Assembly (NCBI RefSeq): GCF_009914755.1
Contig: NC_060936.1
DNA from: the human T2T-CHM13v2.0 reference genome, Homo sapiens
Length of the DNA stretch: 64,000 nt
Reading direction: 5' to 3' (one strand)
Below the pieces are notes generated by a model, which saw only the letters and a program-made list of their open reading frames with translations, ran no database searches and was not told where the DNA came from. The position numbers and the translations under genes were made by a program. Below, in pieces: positions 45,327 to 59,659 of this stretch (its first letter is position 1; the number at the start of each line of letters is the position of its first letter).

Positions 45327-47473
45327 CTACAGAAACAAATAAATAAAAATTAGTCTTAAAGATGAGACATGCTTTAGTATAAGCATAAATGATGGTAAGC
45401 AGAAAAGCAGCTGGCCTAGAACATTGTAACAGGAAAAAGAAAGTAATTGCATACTTAAGTACAATGTCTTTTTCCTTTTATATATAGTGGCTTTCTGAAT
45501 TTAATAGTTTATTATTCTATTTGAAGCATCTACCTATTTCTTTTAGTCTAACAGTATCTATGGAAATATTTTTTAAAAAGTAACTTCCTCCTAGCAGTAA
45601 CAGTTGATTTACTGTGGAAAATGACTTAAAAAAAAAAACATATCCTCATAAACTTACAGGCCTACTAAGGTTTACATAGTTTAATTATAAAATTCTGGCA
45701 AAACAACCAACCAACCCCCCTCCCACCCATCTCTCCTTGAAAAAAAACAAAAACAAAAACTCTGATCTGGGGCAGTGTCTTTAAAATAAGGCACTGGAAT
45801 TGGCGATTTTATGAAAAGTCTGAGGTATCAAAGAGAAAGCTGCTGCATAGCTCTGGCAAATTACTTACTATAAAACTAACCTAAACCAGCTTCTATCACC
45901 CATCTCTTGGGTACTTTACTTTCAGCACCTCCTACTTAGCCTTCAAAATCTACTGTGATTCACAAAGGGGCATTAGCACCGTAGTGTTCTGAATGACTCT
46001 GAAAAAAGTAATTCCTATAAGGCTAATGGTAGAGTTTTTGCTGTACATTTTGGTAGAAAGAGGGTTACGGAACACATAAGACCTTTGATTCTCTGGGGTT
46101 AACAAAAAGAACCTCAAGTACAGAGGATTCAAGAGTTTCCCCTCAGTTCATCTGTAGGTGAAAAACAGGGCATCCGAACACTGAGGCAGCCAAGGCAGCA
46201 GGTCAACGGTATGCCTGAATGAATTCTCTGTGCCAGAGTCTCTCCAGTCTACATAATTATGTTTTTAAAACTCTAAAATTACTATTTAAATGAATTCTTG
46301 TTACACTTTGTATTTTGAAAGTATAAAGGCCATTTAAACAAATAAATAATAAAACGCTTTCCAACTTAAGCTAATCATGTAAACCTGGCATTAAAGAAAT
46401 AAACGTCTCAACATTTGTGAAATTATCATCAAGGACCTTGTTTTATTTTCAAATTATTGCCAATAAAAAAAGCAGGAAAAACAAAATTAAAACCAAAAAA
46501 ATACAAAATGACAGTTATAACACTTTGCAAACAAAAGATGTAAAATAAGATGAAAACAACCCTGACAGAATATATATGGAAGTACATTTAAAGCCCTTTT
46601 TAAAAATCCTTAGCAATGTGTTATCCATATGTTCTGAGCTGTCTTTTAGTAACAGAAACTGGCTCTCCTTTATAACCACCAAACTTAATATTTTTTTAAA
46701 ATGTAAGTTTAAAATTACTACCTACAGAATTAGAAATGTCTGAAGCACACAGCTGCGACAGCCTATTTTCAGAATAGGTTCTTACATATTGTTGACTAAG
46801 TTTGGATAAATAAATCTTTGCTAAATTTGGATACACTACTCAGGTCAAAGAAACCTACTGTAAGAATACAAACTATGCTGGATGCTGTTACTCAGTTAAT
46901 AACTTTTGGGTATCATCTGGCACTGATTTTATGGCAAACATTTTTAGCATTAAATTTTTAAATATGTTGTTGTAAGAAAACACACCAATTATCTTACTCT
47001 TCTTCCTGACAGTACAGATTGGTATTTCCAGCATAGTGTTCATAAAACCTGCATGTTCTGGCCTTATTCATTAGTTCTGAAAAGTTGTTGTTTTACAATT
47101 AAATACCATTTATTTGGGGAGTTCACTATTTAAAGAAGGCCTTTCACAGAATGCACCCATCATTCGTGTTTATTTTGAATTTTTTTTTTAAAGCAGAATA
47201 CACCTGTACATATATTCTATATTAGGACAATCAGTTGTAATGTGAAATGTCAAAAGAATGAAGTGGTTCTACAAAAAGGTCTGATCCTAAGAAAGCTATA
47301 GTGTAGTAAACAGAAGTTCTGGGTAAATATTGCACGTTCAGAGGACAATAACCTATTTAAAAGGCCAAACAGAAAACCCTGAAGAAGAGTTATGAGGCTG
47401 GTACATTTCATTATATAATGGTTCACCTATGCTTTAAACAAAATTTAAAAATTACACACGCAAGAAAACATAC

Positions 47474-47536
47474 CTTTACGTTGTGCATACTCATGATGTT
47501 TCCACAGTCATCCATGTACTGTTTCAGGTCTTTATC
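47474..47536 (-). CDS. CDK17: CDK17 exon 9
   Basis: 63 nt; [21 protein letters not shown]. Confidence 0.97.
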
Positions 47537-47830
47537 CTGGAAAAACACAGCACTCTGCTATGTGATACACCATTTTCAGAATGTTGTGACTGGTTCACTT
47601 AATAGTGTTTTTCAAAATTAGTTGTTTTTCAAGAAAAGATACTGGATGCACCATACACATAATTTAATGAAAAACTGATAACTAAATAATAAAGTCTCTT
47701 GGGCTGTTAAAAAGTCCAATTTAGCTAAGCACAGCTGCAGTTTAAAGAAAAATAAAAAACAAACTAAAAGTCCAATTTACTATGTTTTTCTAAAGTAAAG
47801 TTAAATACTGAATTTTTATGAGATGCTTAC

Positions 47831-47925
47831 CAGATACTCAAACACCAAAGTCAAGGATTTATCTGTGTGAACAATGTCATGTAAGGTTACTATATTTGCA
47901 TGTTTTAAATCCTTTAATAGTGAAA
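47831..47925 (-). CDS. CDK17: CDK17 exon 8
   Basis: 95 nt; (V)[31 protein letters not shown]. Confidence 0.97.
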
Positions 47926-48026
47926 CTGCAAAACAGAAAAAGAAAATTGTTTAGTCTGTGGCAGTCTTTATAAAAACCTGAAGTAAGTTGAACATACGAA
48001 CTGATTAAAAGATTCTCTTAAGTTTA

Positions 48027-48151
48027 GGTCTTGGGCGGTGGCTCACCCCTATAATCCCAGCACTTTTGAGAGACCGAGGCAGGCGGATCACTTGAGCCCA
48101 GGAGTTCAAGACCAGCCTGGGCAACAATGCTATTTAAAAAAAAAAAAAAAA
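48027..48151 (+). mobile_element. Alu left monomer with perfect 20-bp TSD
   Basis: aaaagattctcttaagttta on both sides. Confidence 0.92.
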
Positions 48152-48212
48152 GATTCTCTTAAGTTTAAAGCAATAATTTACCAAGGGGATTGGTTGTAAA
48201 AATGTTCCTGGA

Positions 48213-48592
<380 letters not shown>

Positions 48593-49072
48593 TCATCTTC
48601 TGTATTTTTCCTAAATGTTAACTTTTGAAACTTCTGGCATTAATTTAGATATAAATTACAAGGAACCATTTTTCCCCTCCACATTACTAATCAGTTGCCT
48701 CAAGCCATTTTCTGAATAATCTTCTTTATAAAATGGTACTATGATATAAATATGTTTACACACTGTTTTTTAATTTATTTAGTTTATCTGGTTAATTTAT
48801 AGTTACCATGTTCCTCATGTACCAATGTATAACATTTCCCTATGACAAATAGTTGTCTATGATAGTGATTTTTAATGAATTCAGATTTCATTATAAGTTA
48901 TACACTAATATAATTAATCCCTTTGAGTATTTGTTTTAGAAATTTGCTTTTTAAAGGTTTAATTACATCTTCCAGTCATTTATTACTTGTATATCTGAGC
49001 TCTTTTTACTTATAAAAAATAGACACTTATTCCACCACTTTGATTTTAAAATGTTCTGTATAATTATTATAC

Positions 49073-49187
49073 CTTCTCTTATAGCTGTGCAGGGTGCACC
49101 TTCTTCATGTTCCAATCGGATCTCTTTTAATGCCACCAAATTCTCTGTCAATTTACTTCTTCCTTTATATACTGTTGCATATGTACC
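49073..49187 (-). CDS. CDK17: CDK17 exon 7 (Gly loop, VALK, PCTAIRE helix)
   Basis: 115 nt; [38 protein letters not shown](V). Confidence 0.98.
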
Positions 49188-49591
49188 CTATAAAATATAT
49201 TTTTAAAGGACGCATCAAAAGTATCATAAGAGTCTATTTAATACCATCTTATAATAAAGAGCTCTACCTGAATTTCTAGTTTCTAAGCATTGTTAAGTTC
49301 CATCTTGCAAAGAAAAACACACAATGATCAGCCATGGCTTTTCTTACAGTAAACAGGACTTTCAGTTCATATGCACAGCTTCCATACTTCTGTAACACTA
49401 CAGAGTGCCTCAAGAGTATAAAAACATAGACAGAATATTTACTTTTTGTACCTTATTTTAGATTAACAATTAGATCAATAGCTTTAAAATCAAAGGTGCT
49501 TTACCTGCAATGGTATATGGAGACTGATGGACACTAATTGAACATATTAATTGAAAAATGAAAACATAATGTACATATTGTTAAATGATAA

Positions 49592-49890
<299 letters not shown>

Positions 49891-50506
49891 AATCATAAAA
49901 ATTTTACCCATGTTTCTAGACTTTTCAGAATCTTTGTACATTAACTCTCCTTTAAAAAACAAGGATCTCTTCTATTATTGCCAGGACAGCCCTCAAGCTC
50001 CTTTAAGCCTTCCCTATTAACTATTGTTTTCTTTGCCCTTTCCTACTATAGGAGGTAGGCCATTTCTAAATCAGTAGTACTAGTAGTAAGTTCAAGAAAA
50101 CCAAGATCTTAAGAATTTCCGTAACCTTCAAAAAATGTGTTTTTATCTTTATTCTGATTTTTCACAGGTCTGAACTCATGCAATTTCCCATGGTGGCACA
50201 GACAGTAGACTGGCAGTAGACTAAGTGACAAATGCCTACTTTGTTATTAAGAAAACATAATACTTTCTGCTTCAATAAAAATTTCAAAGCTATAAAAAAA
50301 ATTCATTTCCTCTCAAACTGATGGGATAATTTCAAGAATTGAAGACTCTAACTCCTAGAAACTCTGTTACCTTTCCAGAACAAGTATATAATCTTGTAGA
50401 CATCAGTACTTACGTTTTTTCCAGGTTAACAAAAACCGTGGAGTAACAGAGTTTGAATGACGAATAAGAAAAAAATGTGTCTTACATTTTTGAGATATTT
50501 ACTTAC

Positions 50507-50563
50507 CTCTCCAAGCTTTTCCAATTTGATGTAGGTTTCCATTTTTCCAAAGCCAATTTCTGA
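50507..50563 (-). CDS. CDK17: CDK17 exon 6
   Basis: 57 nt; SEIGFGKMETYIKLEKLGE; cag/gtaagt. Confidence 0.97.
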
Positions 50564-50567
50564 CTGA

Positions 50568-50912
<345 letters not shown>

Positions 50913-53575
50913 TAAAGTTTCAATTCATCTCTTCCTCAACTTCTGAAACTTTCCCACTCTAAAGAATGACTAAGAATAGAAAAATCTGATTATAATCAAA
51001 TGGTTGAATATCTATCAAGTTTTAAAATAAACCCAATGTTGGAACATTCAAAGGTTCAAAAATATCAAAGTTCACAATCAAAATTGTCAACCCAACCTTT
51101 ATATATACACAGTTAACATTCTGTCATGAAAAATATTTGGTTTTATTCTAAGATACCACAGGCATTTTAAGATACTAAAGAATCTTATCAAGGATAACTA
51201 CTTGGGATTTTCTTTTTAACAAAATTGCAAAATAAATAATTTTCCTATGTATTTTCTCCCTCACCAATCTGAATTCCCAAGGAAGTCCTGCAAACAACAA
51301 AATACTATTTGTTTCAGGCTTTCCAATCAAAATACAATGAAAAAGACAACTGAAAATCATGCTCTTCTATGGATCAGGAAGTGGCAAACATAGAAGCAGC
51401 AATGTAAGTCTAATTCTGGCTACACCCCCCCTCAACACTCGGCCAAAAAAAAAAAAAAAAAACAAACAAACCCACAACAACAAGAGAAAATGCTTTAAAA
51501 GTGAGTTCTTAAAAGCCTTGCTTTTAAAACTTGAGCTCGCCTGACTATTGTGTATGGAGATGATAAACAGGGTACATGAAATATACCTAAATATGTAATA
51601 CAAACACAATATTTAAAATGAAAAAGAAAAAACCTTAACACAAAATTTAGGAAAATTTGTTTTTAGATAGATTGAAAACTAGGGACTGAGAGAGCAGAAA
51701 TATTTTAAAAAGTAAAACAGAATGGGAAAAGAATTTTCTTAAAGTTGCTTTCTAGTACCCCTTTATAGATAATGGAAAAGGTAATGATAATCTAAAGAAA
51801 GATCCACTTGCTTAGAATGGTGCTAATGCCCTTAAATAAAAAGCCAGTTAAAGGAAATAATGTTTTTTAATACATAATCTCAGTTCTCAAAGGTGTATAA
51901 ATTATGCCAGATGATTAAACGTTGTGATTTAGTCAAACTCTAGAGGTCTAAATACGCAATTTTCCTTGGAACTGTGGAATAAAATTAAAATAATCCTTGG
52001 TAATTAGACTTGCATCACTTACCATTTCAGACAATAGGATAAATTATCCAAAGCTGAATGGCCAAAAGTAGCAGAGGCCCCTCAAAATAACTGTTTTTAT
52101 CTTTTTGTTACAATGATATGTATCATATTAAAAGCCATGTGGAAAACTGCACGTCCAATAGTACTTAATTCAATTTTAGTAAACTAATTAAAACTTTGGT
52201 CACAGGTATTATTGAATGAATGAAAAATTATTTTTGCATTCTATGACATTTTCCTATGACGTTTTTCATAAAACATTAAATTTTAAAAATGAAGTTTTAC
52301 GACCATCATACACTATTCATCCATGTATTGTCTTGAACATGACTCAGTATTAAGTCCTTCGCTTTCTAGTATCAATAACTATGCAAAATAAAGAAGTAAA
52401 ACTACAATAGATAACATTTTTAAAATACAAGTGAAGTTTTTAAAATCAGTATGAAAAACATGGCAAATAGCCCACTATCTGGTACATGACAGTCTGATTA
52501 CGAATAATCTTTTAATTTATATATGTTTTATATAGCCTATTTATATATGATCTTAAAAATACTTTACTCCATAAAAAAGGCTACTTGCCAAGATCACAGA
52601 AACTAATAAAATATCTTTATTCTGATACTTATCTCTGGAATTTAGGTGCTTAAATTCATGAATATGGAACTACCGCATTTTTGCCATGAATTTTAAGTTT
52701 TGTGTCATCTTTTATGGGGGAAAAAACACTATATTGAGAATAAATGCAAACTAGTATGAACAAAAGAATGAATGTTCCTGAAAAAAATATTTAAAATGTC
52801 ATTATAACAATGAGAAGCACACGGGAAATAAGACTGTAAGCTAGGCATTTTTTCTTCTCAGGAGTAGAGAAATTTTCTTATTAATCCTTTTATCTTAAAT
52901 GAATGAATACTACTATGTTCTTAAAACATCAAATACACTAGGGTCCAATGGTTACTATGACAAAATGTCGAGGTTTGCTTTAAAGACTATGTAAATGGAC
53001 TACAAATTAGACTGTAAAGACAAATATGTAAGAGGTTAAGTTTAAATTTGAATAATCAGTCTATAAAATAAACAACACTACTGAATTCCACCCATGCAGG
53101 CAGGCAGGCAGGCAGAGAATTCAGACAAAGGCACAATTACACTAGTGAATTGTCTGTCAGATCCTAATTCAAAAAGTAAAAGCTTAGCCCCCAATTTAGT
53201 AATTTCCAACTTAGGATTTAATGATTACATCAAAACAGTACTTACTGAATCTTTAAATAAAATTTTTAGAAAATTTTGCTTGCATTTTTATTTGCTGAAC
53301 ACAACAAGATTAACAATAGATATAATGACTAGCTTGTTGACGTGCTCTCCTACAGAAATTATTCAGAGGACAGAGGACAAAGCTCATTTATTCAACATTT
53401 ACCCAGCACAATGTTAGGTGCTAGAGAAGACAGACATGATTCCCACTTTCATGAGTTCACAATCTAGCCTGAGTTCCATCCTAGATTATTTTAGAATATT
53501 TTAAAAGTTTCACAGAAACAGAAATAATAGCTAAAGAAATAGCACAATAAGCTTTATAATGTGTATGTTGTTGTT

Positions 53576-53718
53576 CCAGTCTCTGCAGAAACTCAAAAAT
53601 TGCCAATGCCAACTATAATCACAAGTTGTCATGGTGGGGGTATTTGGGAAAAATTTTCAATTAGCAATAACTGTGCCTTGGATAAACCTCGGGTATGATA
53701 CTATCACTGCTCAAAGCT
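53576..53718 (-). pseudogene. Full-length U4 snRNA pseudogene
   Basis: Minus strand reads AGCTTTGAGCAGTGATAGTATCAT...GAGGTTTATCCAAGGCACAGTTATTGCTAATTGAAAA...GGCATTGGCAATTTTTGAG...GAGACTGG, colinear with U4 from 5' end to 3' stem; Sm site AATTTTTGA kept; many substitutions and indels. Confidence 0.93.
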
Positions 53719-54057
53719 TATATTTTCATGTAATATAAGAGCCCCCTTAATGCTGCTTTCCAGACAAATGAAGATAATTTTTTCTGATATTTCACTGTTC
53801 CAAGAAAATACTTCACTTTTTGACAGCCCCAAGCAAATTCCTATTCAGATGGCTCTTAGAGTATAAACACATGAAAATTCTAAATATATATATAAATTAA
53901 ATTATAATTTATAATAGTCTTCCTAGAATTCACTGTAACTTGTAAGCAATACCAAGCCTTATGGGAAACTTTTTGTTTACTTTGGATCTAGCAACATAAT
54001 TACTCTATCACAGGCTGGAGATGCTGTTCTAGCTGAGCTTCAAAACAAATGAAGCAC

Positions 54058-54398
54058 CAGAGGTCCCCCTTATCCACAGGGGATACTTCTAAGAACACCA
54101 GTGGATGCCTGAAACAGCAGACAGCACTGAAACCTGTATGTACTAGGTTTTTCCCTATACATATTAAATACACTCCTAAGATAAAGTTTAATTTATAAAT
54201 TTTGCAGAGTAAGAGATCAACTAATAAAACAAATAACCATAATAATACACTGTAATAAAAGTTACGTGAATGCAGTCTCTATCTCTTGCTCTCAAAATAA
54301 TCATACTGGCATTGTATTCACCTATCCTCAGACTATGTTTGACCTCACATAACTGAAATTGTGGAAAATGAAACCACAGATAAAGGGGGAAGCTTCTG
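54058..54398 (-). mobile_element. MER44A-like Tigger MITE
   Basis: Inverted termini cagaggtcccccttatccac...cacagataaagggggaagcttctg. Confidence 0.85.
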
Positions 54399-54461
54399 TA
54401 TGTACAGAGGATCCATAGATGACATTTTAAGAGTGAGTATATATTAATACATAAGAAACGG

Positions 54462-54821
<360 letters not shown>

Positions 54822-55439
54822 TTACTGTTAACGAAAGAAATGTGTTTTATCCCTTAGACTTGGTGGGCAGGGGGAAAGACTGAGAATCTCTATTCTACTC
54901 AGTCACTTTGTCTTACAAAAATTGCTATTATCATCACCACAATACCACCTTAATCCTGTACTCCTGTACATAATATGCTAAAGGTAAATTCTGTGGGACT
55001 TTGAACCTCACTCCCACATTCCATCTTATATTTCTAATTGCTGAGAGATGTAAGGACTTGATTGTATTTTCTCACCTGCTCTGAGAATTAAGAAAGGTCT
55101 ATATAGTCTATTGGTAAAACCAGGAATGAAGAATCCAAACATTCATTGTTTAGGAAGGCATATGCTCTTAAAATGTATAAACCTATAATTTGAATACAAT
55201 AAGACAAATTTTTATATATGGATGACCTCCATTATAATTGAAGCTGCACTCAGTCTCACAAAACTTCCACTGGGTATACCATTATCGTAAGGGCAAGGAA
55301 GCTCTGATGAATCCTGACTATCTACATATAGGCTTTGCCACTATTCTAATATTTAACTAAATATGTTGACAATGTTTTATTTCTTATCAATCATAAAGGA
55401 CTACTAAATAGCACGTCACCATCCAATAGCCAATATTTT

Positions 55440-55715
55440 TAACATGACATATGATCACTAAATGTAATGTGGTATCCTGGAGGGAGTATCGGGACAGAAA
55501 AACAACACTGACAAAAAATTAGTGAAATCTGAATAAAGTATGGAGTTTTGTTACTAGTAATGTACCAATGTTGGTTCCTTAGTTGTGACAAATGTATTAA
55601 AGTAATATAAAATGTTAATAATATGGTAACTGGGTATGTGGTATAGAAGAACTATATAATTTTTGTAATTTTTTCTGTAAATCTAAAACTAAAATTATGT
55701 TTATGTAAATAAAAA
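55440..55715 (+). mobile_element. L1MC/ME 3' end fragment
   Basis: aaatgtaatgtggtatcctgg...gtgaaatctgaataaagt...ttctgtaaatctaaaac. Confidence 0.8.
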
Positions 55716-55929
55716 TCACTGGAAAGGATTAAGGTAAGAAATGGGAGACTGAACACACATCAGTTTATAGGGATAACAGATAGTCTTAAGCATCCTGAAA
55801 AGATGGGATAGTAAGGGGGACAACTTCTCAAGATTAAAAACAAAAAAGAACAGAATGGGTATATGCATAGGTAGATTTGCAAGTTTGTTATACAGAAAAG
55901 GAGGGAGTTTTCGGTTAATGGCCACCCCC

Positions 55930-56225
55930 TTTTTTTTTGAGACAGGGTCTCTTGCTCTGTCGACAAGGCTGGAGTGCAGTGGTGCAATCATGGCTCACCA
56001 CAACCTCATCCTCTTGGGCTCAAGTGATCTTCTCACCTCCTACCTACTGAGTAGCTGGGACTACAAAGGTGTGCCACCACGCCTGGCTAGTTTTGTTAAT
56101 TTTTTGTAAAGATGGAGGTCTCACTATGTTGCCCAGGCTGGTCTTGGACTCCTGGGCTCAAGCAAACCTCCTGCCTCAGCCTCTCAAAGTGGTGGGATTA
56201 CAGGCATGAGCCACAACATCTGGCC
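55930..56225 (-). mobile_element. AluJ
   Basis: Reverse dimeric Alu. Confidence 0.93.
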
Positions 56226-56488
56226 CTCTCTCTTTTTTATGATATAGGAAGAGAGATCATCTGCTTACAGTAAGAGAGGAAGAGTTAATCAGAGAAAGAC
56301 AGTGGGATAGCCAGACAACACTGGGGATCTATGCGAGACTGATGACCATAAATTTATATTAGACCCATTCAGCCCTACTGTATAACTTTCTCCAGGAAAA
56401 ATGAATTGTTTCTTAATTCCTACTCAAGCAAAGGTTTTATGTTATTTTTACTACTCATTATATATTGCCATTAGAAAATATGAAAATA

Positions 56489-56630
56489 GGCCAGGAGAGG
56501 TAGCTTACACCTGTAATGTCAGTGATTTTGGAGGCCAAAGCGGGAGGACTGCTTGAGGCCAGGAGTTCAAGACAAGCCTGGATAATATAGTATGACCCTG
56601 TCTCTACAAATAATTTGTACAAAAAAAAAA
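56489..56630 (+). mobile_element. Alu left monomer (FLAM-like)
   Basis: Single diverged monomer. Confidence 0.85.
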
Positions 56631-57167
56631 TTATATATATATATGAGAACAACACATTGAAAGTTTAAAACTTTTAGAAGACAAGGCTAAATTTTACATT
56701 TTACCTTAAAAAATATTTTATTTTTTAGATTAAGGGTATATTATCCATGGAAAAATGAAGTCTAGTACATGTGAAGAATATTTTTCTTTTCCTACCTCCT
56801 TTCTATCCATCCCTAATCTTTACCCATCTCCTTTACACATAAACCAAGGGTCCAGACTTCTATGCTGAAGAACTGATCTCTTTGAAAAAACTTTTACTTT
56901 TTAGGTATATAAAGAATATATTATCCACAGATACACAAATTCTAATACATATAAAAAAATGAGTTTCTTTTTCCCACTCCTTTTCCATCCATCCCTAACT
57001 TTCACATGCCCTCCCTTCACTGACTATGTTCAAATATAAACCTAGGGTAGAGATTTTCATTTTGAAGAATAATTTTTAATGTATTTCCAAAAAGTATGCT
57101 TTACTAAGGTAGATGAATAATGAAATGGATGCATCAGTAAAATCCAAAACATAGCTGGCATGATTTA

Positions 57168-57530
<363 letters not shown>

Positions 57531-57791
57531 TTAACCATAAATAAAAACTTTAATCACTTAGCATTCATTAGAGGGCACTGTTTTTCTTAATATCATGTAG
57601 ACTGTAAAAGATAGCTCCTAAATGATAGCTTAAAAAAATTACATGGTGATTAAATCACATTTTTACTCCCAATTGGAACAAATACAACCTCAAAATTTAT
57701 CCTAAGTACCAATCTTTGATAAAAACTGATAGCCGAAGAAAACTTTTGACTTGACAATCAAATGGCAAAATCATCCCAATAAAAATGTCTT

Positions 57792-58095
57792 GGCCAGGCA
57801 CAGTGGCTTATGCCTGTAATCCCAACACTGTGGGAGGCTGAGGCAGGTGGATCACTTGAGGTCAGGAATTCAAGACCAGCTTGGCCAACACGGCAAAACC
57901 CCATCTCTACTAAAAATGCAAAAATTAGCCAGGCATGGTGGCACATGCCTGTAATCTCAGCTACTAAGGAGGCTGAGGCATGAGAATCACTTGAACCAGA
58001 GGCAGAGGTTGCAACGAGCCGAGATCGCGCCATTGTACTCCTGCCTGGACGACAAAGTGACACTCTGTCTCACACACACAGACACACACACACAC
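57792..58095 (+). mobile_element. AluS with (CA)n tail
   Basis: Dimeric Alu; aaaaatgtctt direct repeat. Confidence 0.94.
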
Positions 58096-58311
58096 AAAAA
58101 ATGTCTTAAGCAGTGATGCTAAATTATGATAATCATATGCTTATACCAAAATCAAGTTTGTGTTATACTTTTTACCATATTTATATACTGGTGAATGTCA
58201 AATAACAATGTGCTCATGGTATATACAGCATAAAGTGATTTTATTTTTTAGAGTATGTCACCAAAATATTTTGTAGACTATCTAACTAGAATATCTAATC
58301 TGGCCCACAGG

Positions 58312-58620
58312 GGCCAGATGCTATGGGCGGCTCACACCTATAATCCTAGCACTTCGGGAAACCAATGCAGAAGGACCGCTTGAGCCCAGGCATTTGAAAC
58401 CAGCATGGGCAACACAGTGAGATGCCATCTCTAAAAAAAAAAAAAAAAAAAAAAAGTTTTTTAATTAGCTGGGTGTGATGGTGTACACCTGCAGTCTTAG
58501 CTACTCAGGAGCCTGACATGTGAGGACTGCTTGGGCCCAGGAGTTCAAGATTACAGTGAGCTATGATCGTGCTACTGCATTCCAGCCTAGGTGACAGAGT
58601 GAGACCTTGTCTCTAAAGAA
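58312..58620 (+). mobile_element. AluJ with expanded central A tract
   Basis: Diverged Alu; about A23 at 58433-58455. Confidence 0.92.
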
Positions 58621-58633
58621 AATAGTTCCATTA

Positions 58634-58983
<350 letters not shown>

Positions 58984-59049
58984 TAAAAAAGGAGATACAA
59001 CAACTGCTAGCAATCCAAGAGTCATCATCAATTTCTCTTCCTTCAGGTG

Positions 59050-59640
59050 CAAAGTCCAAGTGGGTATTAGGTGGTATTTTATCCCTTCCTGGTCCCTAGG
59101 ATTTATGTTCTGCTTTCTATTTCCATCTGATTGCCACATCATCCTTAATTTTGAATACATTCCTAATTCTCCCTGCCTCTAGTCTTTCTCTCTAATTCAT
59201 TGTTTGTACTTTTCCTAAAGCTATTGCTATGAAACAAAAATGTGACCATGTCAGCCTTTGTTTAAATAAATACCTTTGATGTCTTCTCATTACATGGGAA
59301 GAAGTCCAGACTTCTTGGCCTGACCTCTAAGGCTTTTCATTCTGGATCTGTCCTGTCCGTTCAAGCCATAGCTTTTATATTATTCCATATTACCCTTCAT
59401 ATCAGTTCTGATTTCCCAAACATGACATCTACACCCAAACCTCTGGGTTTTAGTTTTAGTACATGAAGTTTCCTCTTCTTACAACACCCTTCATTCATAG
59501 GCCGTTTTTAACTGACAAATTTCTGCCCATCCTTCTAGGACCAGCTCAAGTGCTATCTTTGTAAGCTTGTGATTTGCCAAGGCATTTTACTTGCTGCCTC
59601 TTTTGTTGTCCCAAAGCACTTTATATGTATCTCTACTACA
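59050..59640. mobile_element. Degraded L2 fragment
   Basis: Pyrimidine-rich blocks (ctccctgcctctagtc, aagtccagacttcttggcctgac, ccatccttctaggaccagctcaagtgctatc). Confidence 0.6.
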
Positions 59641-59659
59641 GGACTATAGTCATCCAAAA

